A DNA stretch of 62,118 bases, counting the filler. It is 8 parts of 8 records of this genome, joined end to end, with 100 filler letters (N's around TTAATTAATTAA, not from the genome) between each part and the next. Parts side by side here need not be neighbours in the genome. Positions count along the whole stretch, not along the records: positions 18,953 to 30,306 come from SRR31147125_66106; 7 more parts are not named here. One strand, 5' to 3'. Below the pieces are notes generated by a model. The model worked only from the letters and a program-made list of their open reading frames with translations. It searched no databases and was not told where the DNA came from. How positions within the stretch are numbered: position 1 is the first letter of the stretch; every line of letters starts with the position of its first letter. The translations under genes and the position numbers were made by a program. Positions 18,995 through 28,628 of the stretch are shown piece after piece.

Positions 18995-20050
18995 CTAGAA
19001 CCAGGCCTTGTGGCCCCAGATCTCTTCTTCGAGAGATTTCTTGTCCTGTTTGAGCTGCAGATAGAGCGATGCGTTGTTGATTGCGAGACCGCATTGCCGT
19101 GCGATGAAACTCATCAGGTTGATGTCGTCCTCGGTGATGATACGCTTTCTGTCACTGTACAGTCCCATCAGACCGATGACCGTCCCTTTCACGGTGATCG
19201 GGAGGTGCAGCATTGACGCGATGCCTTCTGCCTTGCGTTCTTCCTTGTACTCGATGTCGTAGTTGTCGATGTCATCGATGATTTCCGGCCTGTCCTCCAG
19301 CACCGACTGGACCCTGTCCGCACACAGGGGACCTTTGTTGATGTAGTCCTGGCTCAGTCCGTAGCTCGCGACAAGCTTCATTTTCTGGCTCTGGTCGTCC
19401 TGCAGCCTGATGGTTACACCGATGAGGTCGAAGGCGTCGGTTATTTCCGACGTCATCAGGTGGAGTACGATCTTGATGTCCAGCGAGGAGTTCAGGTGTT
19501 CCGCCACCGACGCCAGGAGGTCGAGATTTCTGCGGTTCCGGTAGTCGCTGTGCGCCCGGAGGATGGCGATTCCCCCCTGGTCTGCAAGACATCGAAAGAA
19601 ATCAATCTCCTGCTCTGTGAATTCCCGCTGCTCCGCCGTATACAGCGCCAGGATCCCGATCGGGTCTTCATCGGCAATCACCGGCACCACGAGCATCGAC
19701 GCGATGCCCTCCTTCTTCTTGACGTCATGGTTCTCGAGCCGGGGGTCCGTCGTGGCATCCAGCGCGGCCAGGTAACCTCCCTGCTGCATGATGTCTGTAG
19801 TGATGTCCCGACCCCTGGCTGGTCCCAGGTGAACGTAATCTTCGGACAGCCCCACCTGCGCGGCGGGGTAGAACAGGCCGTCCGTGTCGCTTCTGCTCTT
19901 GATCAGAAACAGCGAACAGGCTTTGGCCTGCATCACTTCCGCACCGCTCTCGACGATCAGGTTCAGTATCTCTTCGCGGTCTGACGACCGCTGGATCGAT
20001 TTGATGATGGTGCAGAAAACTTTTATGTAGTCGTCACTTTTGGTTATCAT
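18995..20050 (-). CDS. Tandem GAF-GAF protein with no output domain
   Basis: Two repeats of GLS.DY...GP..EGIASML.[VL]P...IG...LY...R....A.Q.G.AI; short coiled-coil tail. Confidence 0.85.
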   Translation of the reverse strand: MITKSDDYIKVFCTIIKSIQRSSDREEILNLIVESGAEVMQAKACSLFLIKSRSDTDGLFYPAAQVGLSEDYVHLGPARGRDITTDIMQQGGYLAALDATTDPRLENHDVKKKEGIASMLVVPVIADEDPIGILALYTAEQREFTEQEIDFFRCLADQGGIAILRAHSDYRNRRNLDLLASVAEHLNSSLDIKIVLHLMTSEITDAFDLIGVTIRLQDDQSQKMKLVASYGLSQDYINKGPLCADRVQSVLEDRPEIIDDIDNYDIEYKEERKAEGIASMLHLPITVKGTVIGLMGLYSDRKRIITEDDINLMSFIARQCGLAINNASLYLQLKQDKKSLEEEIWGHKAWF

Positions 20051-20081
20051 TTCAATTACTCCGGATAATTAATTCTCTTTC

Positions 20082-21158
20082 TCAATGCTCCCGTTCGAGG
20101 AGCCAGTTGGCGATTTTCGGGGCGAATTCCCGCTGACATTTCGAGCTGACGTAGATACCGATATGACCGGTATCGAAGCAGATGTCCTCCTTGTCCTGTG
20201 AGCCTATTTTCGAGGTGAACACATTGCAGGCCTCAGGGGGGACGAGGTGGTCGAAGCGGCCGTAGAAATTCAGCACCGGCATTGTGATATCCTGAAGGTC
20301 GACCCGTCTGCCGTCGATTTCGAGCCTGGACTGAATGAGCAGGTTCTTCTTGTAGAAATCGACGATGAACTGCTTGAAGGTCGCCGCCGGCACGTCCGGG
20401 CTGTCAAAAATCCACTTTTCCATTCTGATGAAATTCTCGACGTAGCTCTGGTTGTCGATATTCTGCATGAAGCCCACGTATTTGTCTATCATCAGGCGGG
20501 CCGGGTTGAGCAGCAGGAACCCGAGGTTCATGACGTCACCCGGCATATTGGCGTAGGCGTCCCCGAGCTTGTGTGCATCCGTCTGTTTCATCCACACGTT
20601 CAGCAGCCCCTGGTCGGTATCGAAGTTGGTCGGCGTGACGGTTGTGATCAGGTTCTTCACACGGTGCGGGTGCAGGGCCGAGTAGATCACCGAGAATACA
20701 CCGCCCATGCAGATCCCCATGATGTTGACCTGGTCGATCCCGTTTCGTTCGCAGATGTATTCGACGATATTGGAAATGTATCCGTTCACGTGGTCGCCGA
20801 TTGTCTGGAACTGATCTTTTCTCGTGGGGTAGCCCCAGTCGATCATGAACAGTTCGATCCCCTGGCTGAGCAGGGTCTCGACTACGCTCCGCCGCGGTTG
20901 CAGGTCCAGCATGGTCTCACGGTTGATCAGCGCATAGATAACCAGCAGCGGGGTCTTGTTCTGCACCTTCTCTGGTTTATAGTGTTTGAGCTTTACCCGG
21001 TCCTCCTCGTAGACGACGTCGTAGGGAGTTGTTGATATCTCAGTGTCGAGGTCACCGGTTAAAACGGAGGATGCCTTCTTGAGCCTGGTTCGGGTTGCTT
21101 TGCGGTCCTCTTCGATATTCTTGAGTATAAGGTCAACGGGGATCGTCACCTGGTTCAT
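20082..21158 (-). CDS. phaC: Class III PHA synthase subunit PhaC
   Basis: TPLLVIYALINR..LDLQP, lipase box GICMGG, DHLVPP (Asp), TGHIG (His); 358 aa. Confidence 0.95.
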   Translation of the reverse strand: MNQVTIPVDLILKNIEEDRKATRTRLKKASSVLTGDLDTEISTTPYDVVYEEDRVKLKHYKPEKVQNKTPLLVIYALINRETMLDLQPRRSVVETLLSQGIELFMIDWGYPTRKDQFQTIGDHVNGYISNIVEYICERNGIDQVNIMGICMGGVFSVIYSALHPHRVKNLITTVTPTNFDTDQGLLNVWMKQTDAHKLGDAYANMPGDVMNLGFLLLNPARLMIDKYVGFMQNIDNQSYVENFIRMEKWIFDSPDVPAATFKQFIVDFYKKNLLIQSRLEIDGRRVDLQDITMPVLNFYGRFDHLVPPEACNVFTSKIGSQDKEDICFDTGHIGIYVSSKCQREFAPKIANWLLEREH

Positions 21159-21194
21159 CTGTTTACCTCTCTGTGTGTTTCTGGAAATCGACGA

Positions 21195-22133
21195 TCAGGC
21201 GGATAACGCATTAAGTTCTGCCTGAATGGCGGCGACCTGGCGGGTCAGCTCGGCAAGTTTCTTCTTGGTCTGATAGAGGTCCCGGTACACCTCATCCATC
21301 TCCTTGTTGGTCGGGATCTGCAACTCTTTCAGGTACGAGTTGATAACGTCATGCTTGACCCGCTTGTAGTCCGACAGGGAGCCGATGGTGTTGTTGAGAA
21401 CGGTGGTGTACTCCGGTGATTTGAGCAGCTCGCTGAAGTGGGACTCGAGCGTCTTGATCCACTCGTTGTACGACTGCTTGGAATCTTCCACGAACTCGCC
21501 CCGTTCGAGCATCTGTCTTACCTTCTCCTGCATCACACGGTTGGTCTTCTCGAAGGGGATCTGGAAGAGAAAGAGCAACTCGGAAAGGTGCGAATAGAAG
21601 ATATTGGCGTTGTCGATGAGGCTGCTGAACTGTTCGTGGGATTGCCGTTCCAACCCGATTTTCGGAATATAGAGATATTTCTGCAGCTCCGAGCGGTAGA
21701 GTTCGCGGTAGGCCTCGAATGCCCGGTGATCGAGCTCATCGAAGTTGTAGGCGGTGGTGTGCTCGCCGACTTTTGCACAGGTCTGGATGATCTTTGACTG
21801 CATCTCGGTCAGGCTCTCAAGTGAGTCACTGCTGGCCTGGATCATCGCCTCCATGTAAGTACGCCCGCTCTTCGACAGCGCCTCCTGATTTTCAGGAGCC
21901 GTCATCAGGCGCAGAAAAGACGTGTAGTTGTTCAGCGTTGTTTCCCAGGTCTTGTAGGTCTTGAACCGGTCATCATCGGGGTCACCGGTGTCGGCAGGGC
22001 GTGATGAGGCGGGGGGGGGGCCGTCTTCTTCGTTTTTCTCGGTGTCGAGGTTCTGCCAGAAATTCGTGGCGATATTCATCCAGGTATCTATCAGATTGGT
22101 GATCTCGTTGTTCTGATAGGATGTGTGTGACAT
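21195..22133 (-). CDS. phaE: Class III PHA synthase subunit PhaE
   Basis: PKIGLER, YNEWI..E..F..LLKSPEY and IPTNKEMDEVYRDLYQTKK motifs; directly upstream of phaC. Confidence 0.88.
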   Translation of the reverse strand: MSHTSYQNNEITNLIDTWMNIATNFWQNLDTEKNEEDGPPPASSRPADTGDPDDDRFKTYKTWETTLNNYTSFLRLMTAPENQEALSKSGRTYMEAMIQASSDSLESLTEMQSKIIQTCAKVGEHTTAYNFDELDHRAFEAYRELYRSELQKYLYIPKIGLERQSHEQFSSLIDNANIFYSHLSELLFLFQIPFEKTNRVMQEKVRQMLERGEFVEDSKQSYNEWIKTLESHFSELLKSPEYTTVLNNTIGSLSDYKRVKHDVINSYLKELQIPTNKEMDEVYRDLYQTKKKLAELTRQVAAIQAELNALSA

Positions 22134-22192
22134 TTCATACTCCTTTCAAGGTTGCGGACAGGTATGAAATGCGCAGGCCGGGCAGACAGCGG

Positions 22193-22645
22193 TCATTCTT
22201 TCTGGTTCCGCTGTTTGAAGGACTCGTAAAAGACATTGAGTGATTCCAGATCTTTGATCGTTTTCTCGGCCAGGTTGGAAAAATCCATACCCATGTCCAG
22301 ATAGGCGCTGACCTGGTCGTCCATCGTCTTGCGGTAGACCAGGTAATTCTCCATCGTTTTTTCAAGGTACTTCTCAAAAAACTCGTGCAGCAGATTTTCG
22401 CCGAACTGGATGACCAGATGAAGCAGGGAGACGGGCAGCAGTCCCTGGTTGTTCTTGGCCTTGTCCATGATGATCTGGGTCAGGACCACCGCCGTGACAT
22501 CTTCATCGCTGCTCACATCCCTGACTTCCACACGGTGTCCAGATTTAATCAGTTCGGCGACATCATTGATCGTGATGTATCTGCTGATTTTAGTGTTGTA
22601 GAGCCGCCTGTTGGGATATTTTTTTATTAGGATCCTGTTTTCCAT
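22193..22645 (-). CDS. phaR: PHA synthesis regulator PhaR
   Basis: IKKYPNRRLYNTKISRYIT..DVTAVVLTQII DNA-binding domain. Confidence 0.9.
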   Translation of the reverse strand: MENRILIKKYPNRRLYNTKISRYITINDVAELIKSGHRVEVRDVSSDEDVTAVVLTQIIMDKAKNNQGLLPVSLLHLVIQFGENLLHEFFEKYLEKTMENYLVYRKTMDDQVSAYLDMGMDFSNLAEKTIKDLESLNVFYESFKQRNQKE

Positions 22646-22910
22646 TGCCTGCCTGTCATATGGATTTTGATTGTGCTCTCAATCATGTATGTATTCCCTA
22701 ACATTTTGAAATATTACACTTATCCGGAGGACAAGAAGATGCGGGGAATTGTGTTTGTGTCATGGTCTTGTTTGTGGAGTGTTCAGGTTGCGCTTGATAA
22801 ATGTTACGGTGCACCATGCTGGTGAAGCAATGCCGTTGAAGCTGTGCTTTTCCCTCAATATACGGAACACAAGCAATTAAACAACTCTTCATTGTTCCTT
22901 AATCCAAATC

Positions 22911-22929
22911 TATTTTGCGTTGCAGAATA
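22911..22929 (+). promoter_or_regulatory. Probable PhaR operator
   Basis: Near-palindrome TATTTTGCGTTGCAGAATA containing TGC-N3-GCA, in the phaR/phasin divergent region; weaker copy TACGGTGCACCA at 22805-22816. Confidence 0.55.
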
Positions 22930-23008
22930 TTGACTTCATGGAAAAATGGACCGGGAACGGGTACGTCCCGGTAACGGAAAGCCCACGATAATTTCACTAT
23001 AAGGAGGC

Positions 23009-23280
23009 ATGAACATGGAGATGCCGGCAATTACCAGACAGATGATCGGGTTTCACAAGGCGGTGTTCGATAACGCATACTACAGTATGACGGTATTGCA
23101 GGATTATTCCCAGAACATGATGGAAGGCTATATGAGGCAGTTTCCCTGGGTGACGGGGAACACCAGAAACCGCTTGAGCAGTCGGTTGAGGCAATCAAAA
23201 AGGCGCGCGAGGAATACAAGAATTCCGTTGATCAGGGGTTCGAAAAACTCGAAGAGATGGCATGTGCCAAAGAACAATAA
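23009..23280 (+). CDS. Phasin-like protein 1 (frameshift near 23160 fuses it to the next gene in the ORF track)
   Basis: RBS AAGGAGG; QMIGFHKAVFDNAY..FPWV, then in the shifted frame EHQKPLEQSVEAIKKAREEYKNSVDQGFEKLEE to TAA at 23280. Confidence 0.6.
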
Positions 23281-23305
23281 TGTGCAGGAACCCGGAGGAA
23301 AAGCA

Positions 23306-24022
23306 ATGACACAGTGGCCGTTACTTTCACAGGCTGTCCGGTACCAGCGGGCAGTCGCAGACAACGCCTTTTCGGTGGTTTCCGCTTCGCAGAGCAGGGG
23401 AGCGGATATGTTGGAAAATTCATTGAACCAGTATCCGTGGTTGTCGGAGAATGAGAAAAAAGGCTGCCTGATCTGGGCTCGAGGCGTCGTGCGTGCAACC
23501 GACAACCTCAAGTCGATCATGGACAGGAGTTATCGTCAGATTGAGAAACAGGTCGACGTTCAGTCTCCTGCGGATGAGAAGGCGACGGAGCAGAAAATGG
23601 CGGTTCCCGCGGAAGCCGGGGAATCCGGGCCGGAATCCCCGAAAACGAACCAGGAAAGCAAATCGAAGACCGCGCCCGCGGTCGTGAACAGAAAAGCACC
23701 GGTCAAGCGGGGAGCCGGGAATTCCGTAAAAAACGACGAAGACCCGGCCCCTGAGCAGTCAGCAACGCCGAAAAAAGAGGCGGCCGCGCCTGAAACGCAG
23801 CCTGTCCCTACAGCAAAAAGGAAACCAGCGGCGGCGAAAGCGACGAAAGCCGCTACGGGAACGACAAAGAAGACTACGGCAAAAGGCCGCACCACAACGA
23901 CTGCCAGAAAGACCCCGACTGGCGCAGCCAGGAAGCCGGCTGCCGCATCGAAGACTGCGGCCGCCAAAGCGACGGCTGCAGAGAAACAAGGCGAAACGGT
24001 TTCGCCGGTCAAGAAATCATGA
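23306..24022 (+). CDS. Phasin-like protein 2 with Lys/Ala/Thr/Pro-rich histone-like tail
   Basis: Own RBS GGAGG; N-terminus paralogous to the previous gene (AV.DNA..PW); tail KRKPAAAKATKAATGTTKKTTAK..RKPAAASK. Confidence 0.6.
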   Translation: MTQWPLLSQAVRYQRAVADNAFSVVSASQSRGADMLENSLNQYPWLSENEKKGCLIWARGVVRATDNLKSIMDRSYRQIEKQVDVQSPADEKATEQKMAVPAEAGESGPESPKTNQESKSKTAPAVVNRKAPVKRGAGNSVKNDEDPAPEQSATPKKEAAAPETQPVPTAKRKPAAAKATKAATGTTKKTTAKGRTTTTARKTPTGAARKPAAASKTAAAKATAAEKQGETVSPVKKS

Positions 24023-24077
24023 ACTGAGCGGCGGTTGCCCGCTTCATCAATACCTAAACACTCAGGAGAGGAATACA

Positions 24078-24863
24078 ATGCTGGATATTAACAGAGCCGT
24101 AGCGGTGATCACCGGGGGAAGCGGGGGCATCGGCATGGCACTAGCGGAATATTGGCTCGGGCAGGGCGGCACGGCGGTTATCGCTGACATCGACGAGGCC
24201 GCCCTTGATCGGGCTCGACAGTGCCTCGGCGAGGGAGTCGAAACCTTCGTCTGCAACGTGACCAGAGAGGAGGATTGCGCTGAACTGGCGGCATTCGCCA
24301 TCGAAAAATTCGGCCAGATCAACCTGGTTGCCCCGTTTGCAGGTATCATCAAGGACGGCATGATGGTCTCGCCCGATCGAGAAACGGGCAAAGTGACCAG
24401 GAAGATGGCCCTCGATGATTTCCAGAAGGTTATCGACATCAACCTCACCGGCGTGTTTCTGACCGTGCGGGAATGCTCGGAGCAGATGATCAACCACGAC
24501 TGCCGCGGACTTATCTGCCTGGTATCTTCAACGGGGTCCCTGGGTACGGCAGGACAGATCAACTACTCATCCACGAAGGCGGCGATGAGCGTGATGCCGA
24601 AGGTCATCACCGCGGAGTTCTTCCGGCGCGGAATTTCTGACCGGATTCGCTGCGCCGCCATCGCCCCCGGCTATGTCGGTACAGAGATGGTGAAAAACAT
24701 GAACCAGAAGGCGCTTGACCGGATTCTGAACGAGGTGCCGATCGGCAGGCTGGTCGAGCCCGAGGAGGTCGCCGCGCTCACCTGCGACATCTACCGGAAC
24801 GAGGCCCTGGCCGGGGAGACCTTCTTTATCCACGGTGGGCTCAGGTTGGGCTCCAGGGGCTGA
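24078..24863 (+). CDS. SDR oxidoreductase, probable acetoacetyl-CoA/3-oxoacyl reductase (PhaB/FabG-like)
   Basis: TGGSGGIG, INLTGVF, GQINYSSTK and APGY motifs; located in the PHA cluster. Confidence 0.8.
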   Translation: MLDINRAVAVITGGSGGIGMALAEYWLGQGGTAVIADIDEAALDRARQCLGEGVETFVCNVTREEDCAELAAFAIEKFGQINLVAPFAGIIKDGMMVSPDRETGKVTRKMALDDFQKVIDINLTGVFLTVRECSEQMINHDCRGLICLVSSTGSLGTAGQINYSSTKAAMSVMPKVITAEFFRRGISDRIRCAAIAPGYVGTEMVKNMNQKALDRILNEVPIGRLVEPEEVAALTCDIYRNEALAGETFFIHGGLRLGSRG

Positions 24864-25007
24864 TCTCCGTCTGATCGATCAATCAATCTCTGAATCGTGC
24901 GGGATAACGGGGCGAATGAGTCCGGGTATCCCGCACGTTCCCCATCCTCTGATCTCCGGGACGCGACGGGCCGACCATAATTCACAAGCGCTGTACCGGC
25001 CGTCACA

Positions 25008-25670
25008 TCATTTTCTAAGCAGCAGATCCTCGTTGCCCTGTCCTTCCAGAAAGAGAGCGAAATTCTTCTTGATTTTGGGAAGCTTGTAGTATTTTCCGAA
25101 GACGTCTTTGGATGTCGTTTTGGCCAGAGTGGACGGGTCGAAGTAGCCCTTGGCGTTGTCGATCGTGAGTACGAACGGGGGCTTGCCGCTGCGCACCAGC
25201 ATATAGCTCATCAGCAGCGCTCCGGTACGGTGGTTTCCTTCAAAGAAAAGCTGGGGGAGGCTGATGGTCATAACATACACCCCGGCAGCCTGTCTCCACG
25301 GTGTATCTTTGCGGTGTTTCTTCAGCCAGGATTTGATGTGCGATATGCAGAACTCCTCCTGCCGGTAGAAGCGGTCCGTGGTCGCCTTGATGTGCTTTTG
25401 AAAGTCCTTGCGTTTGGCCTTGTCGGTGCCGCACAGCACGATATGGTTGAGCTCGAGGAGGTGGTTGAGTTCATAGCGGTCGAGCGGGTCGATACCGTGA
25501 TAGAGAAGCTTGTTGACGTACTTGTACCCCTCGAGCATATTGACGAGGATCACCTCATCGAGTTGCTCGCGGCGCATGTCCAGGGTCGCGTTGATCTTGT
25601 CGAAGTTCTTCTGTACCGTGCGCAACAACTCTTCGACGTAGGCGATATTGAGCTGGTATCTGGCGGGCAT
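25008..25670 (-). CDS. Fic/Doc-like protein with non-canonical motif
   Basis: PQLFFEGNHRTG versus canonical HxFx(D/E)GNxR; LLELNHIV upstream helix; likely start MPARY at 25670. Confidence 0.6.
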   Translation of the reverse strand: MPARYQLNIAYVEELLRTVQKNFDKINATLDMRREQLDEVILVNMLEGYKYVNKLLYHGIDPLDRYELNHLLELNHIVLCGTDKAKRKDFQKHIKATTDRFYRQEEFCISHIKSWLKKHRKDTPWRQAAGVYVMTISLPQLFFEGNHRTGALLMSYMLVRSGKPPFVLTIDNAKGYFDPSTLAKTTSKDVFGKYYKLPKIKKNFALFLEGQGNEDLLLRK

Positions 25671-25818
25671 TGGTAAATGCAAAGGTGCGCTCCCGGCCCA
25701 TCGGTAGTCAGACCGGGGAATCTTCACCCGGTTTTTCAAACCGCTACCTGCCGGGGTACGCACCCCGTATTGTTGTGGCTGAGCCCCTTATTCTGCGGGA
25801 AACAGCCGGAATTGTGTT

Positions 25819-26872
25819 CTATTTGATCGTGTCAAGTGCTGCAACCGCCGAGACAACCACAATTTTGGGAAGCGGGGTATACCCGAATTTTTCAGCATAT
25901 CCTTGCCCGTCTGTCAACCCCCAGTTGACGAATTGTTTGACCCGCTCCATTTTCTGTTTGTCCGCATAGGTGCGATAGAGCAGGAGCCAGCTGTAGGTGA
26001 TGATCGGATATGAGTCGCTGCCTTCAGGGTCGGGAAGGAACTGTCTCATGTTCTCCGGCATCTCCGCAGCAGTGTTGGCCAACGTGGCGGTTCCGCTGTC
26101 GCCTGTCGGGCTGATGTAGCTGCCCGCTTTGTTCTCCAGTACCGCCATCGGCAGCCCGGAGCGTTTTGCCACTCCGTATTCGACATAGCCGATGCTGCCC
26201 CAGGCGTGACTCACCTTGACGGCTACGCCCTCGTTGTATCGAGCGGCCATGGAATTGCCCGGCCAGTCAACTTTCTTGCCAACGCCGGGGCCGCCGTCTT
26301 GCCAGTCTGCGCTGATCGTGCTGAGGTGGTTCGTAAACGCCCAGGTTGTACCGGATGAGTCGCTCCGGGTAATGGTTACGATGTTTAACTCGGGAAGGTT
26401 CAGGTCCGGGTTGAGCGTCTTGATACGCTCGTCGTTCCAATACCTGATTTTGCCGAGAAAAATATCGGTGTAGACCTCACGGCTCAAACGAAGTTCTCCG
26501 CCAAGATCCGGGATGTTATAGACCAGGGTGATGAGGCCGGCGGTGGCCGGGATCAACTGGACCCCCTCTTTGACCTGGGCGATCTGGTCGTCATTCATTG
26601 CCGAGTCGCTGGCACCGAAGTCGACCGTTCCGGCGATGAAACGCTTCGTGCCGCTGCCGCTTCCAACCGCATCGTAGAAGACGGTGAAGTCGTCGTTTTG
26701 CTCGCCGAAGGCTTTAATCCAGTGCCGATACAGCGGGGCCGGAAAGGTCGCTCCGGCTCCGACGATATCGGCTTTATCGATGGTTATGTTTTTTTGCGCC
26801 AAAACCGGCCGTCGTGACGCAGGTTCCCAGGACAAAAAACAGCAGTGTTGATATAAGAATTTTTCCGTTCAT
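25819..26872 (-). CDS. pstS: Phosphate-binding protein PstS, second copy (signal-peptide region frameshifted)
   Basis: GAGATFPAPLY, GSGSG, DFGASD, RSDSSGTT, IGYVEY and YPIITYSW motifs. Confidence 0.92.
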
Positions 26873-26890
26873 GACTTTAGCCCCCGAGAA

Positions 26891-27717
26891 TCAGGAGAAT
26901 TCTCCATGGAGATATTCCTTGGTCAGTTTTTCCTGCGGATCCTCGAACAGCTCCTTGGTCGGCCTCATCTCGACGAGATAGCCCGTCCTGCCGCCCTTGG
27001 AGATATCCACCGCGAAGAACGCTGTCTGGTCTGCCACACGCTGCGCCTGCTGCATGTTGTGAGTGACGATCGCAACGGTAAAGCGTGACTTGAGCTCAAT
27101 CATCAGCTCCTCGATCATGCGGGTCGCGATCGGGTCGAGAGCGGAACACGGTTCATCCATCAACAGTACCTGCGGCTCCGTTGCAATGGCGCGGGCGATG
27201 CAGAGGCGCTGCTGCTGGCCGCCGGACAGTGACAGGCCGTTGTTCTTCAGCTTGTTCTTGACCTCGTCCCACAGGGCCGCGCCTCTCAGGGCCTTTTCGA
27301 CCTTTTCGTCCATGTCGCCCTTGAACCGGTTCAGCCGCAGCCCGAACGCGACGTTTTCGTAGATGGACATCGAAAACGGGTTGGGTTGCTGGAATACCAT
27401 GCCGATGTTGCGGCGTACCGATACGGGGTCTACTTTTTTGTCGTAGATGTCGATACCGTGAAAATGCACATTCCCCTCGAAGCGGAAACCGCGAATCAGA
27501 TCGTTCATCCGGTTGATGCTTTTAAGGACGGTACTTTTACCGCAGCCCGACGGCCCAATGAACCCGGTGATCTGGTTTTCCTGATCGGCACGGAACTGTC
27601 GCGCACCGCAAGGAAGTCAGTGTAATAGATCTTGTCTGCCTGACAGTCGAGGACAACTTCATCGGAGAGAACCGACCCGTTGCCCTTCTGTGTTGTTTGT
27701 GACGTATCCATGAGCAT
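26891..27717 (-). CDS. pstB: Phosphate ABC transporter ATPase PstB (frameshift near 27575)
   Basis: Walker [10 protein letters not shown] in the frame upstream of 27508; [31 protein letters not shown]. Confidence 0.93.
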
Positions 27718-27740
27718 TTATTATCTCCACAGTCCCATGT

Positions 27741-28628
27741 TTAAACTTTCGTAAGTCGGCCGATTGCCCGGCTCAGCATATTCAGGATAAAGACCAGTAC
27801 CACGAGCACGAGGGAAGCGGCCCAGGCCATTTCTATCTGGTTTTCAAACGGCATTCCGGAGAAGTTGTAGATGAGCACCGCCAATGATGCGGTGGGCTCC
27901 ATTGTACTCAGCCAGTAGTTGCTGAACAGCGCGGTGAACAGCAGCGGTGCTGTTTCTCCGGCCGCGCGTGCAACCGCCAGTACGATTCCAGTGATAATGG
28001 AGGGCAGTGCTACCGGCAGGATCACCTTGGTCATCGACTGTGCCTGTGTGCACCCCATGCCGAACGCAGCCTCCTTCATCGGGTTGGGGACCATGCGGAT
28101 GGCTTCTTCCGCGGTCAACATCACCACCGGGATCATCAGCAGCGACAGCGCGACACCACCCGCCCAGGCGGAAAACGTACCCATGGTCAGGACCACGATC
28201 GTGAACGCGAACACACCGGCGATGATGGATGGCAGCCCGGTCATCGTCTTCGCGCAGAATCGGGCGATGTTCGAAACCTTGTTGAATGGTCCGAGCTCGG
28301 CCATATAGATGGCAGCGAGTACGCCGAACGGTACGCTGATCAGAGCAGCAACGCCGACCATGAACAGGGTTCCGACGATGGCGTTCCCGAAACCACCGCC
28401 GGGGTCAAATGCGGTGGGCGGCAACGAGTAGAAGATTTCCAGGTTGATCCGTTTTCCTCCCCGGTAAATCAGCATGATGAGGACTGAAAACAGGGGAATA
28501 CAGGCGCCTATCGCACAGACGATGGTGATGGCGCTGAGAACAATTGATTTCAGGGCCCGGGGCTCCATCGGCTGCCGTTCGAGGTTGGGCAGCTGGAGAC
28601 TGGTGGCCGCAGATGGTGATTCGCTCAT
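27741..28628 (-). CDS. pstA: Phosphate ABC transporter permease PstA
   Basis: GLPSII, ARAAGETAPLLFT and AWAASLVL motifs. Confidence 0.93.
   Translation of the reverse strand: MSESPSAATSLQLPNLERQPMEPRALKSIVLSAITIVCAIGACIPLFSVLIMLIYRGGKRINLEIFYSLPPTAFDPGGGFGNAIVGTLFMVGVAALISVPFGVLAAIYMAELGPFNKVSNIARFCAKTMTGLPSIIAGVFAFTIVVLTMGTFSAWAGGVALSLLMIPVVMLTAEEAIRMVPNPMKEAAFGMGCTQAQSMTKVILPVALPSIITGIVLAVARAAGETAPLLFTALFSNYWLSTMEPTASLAVLIYNFSGMPFENQIEMAWAASLVLVVLVFILNMLSRAIGRLTKV

Noticed and set aside
23009-24022. A single 337-aa protein as given in the ORF track
   Set aside because: An internal RBS and ATG at 23306, plus a better shifted frame ending at 23280, indicate two genes.
27505-27717. Programmed frameshifting or phase variation in pstB and other split genes
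   Set aside because: Breaks hit conserved genes in many unrelated contigs; sequencing indels are the simpler explanation.
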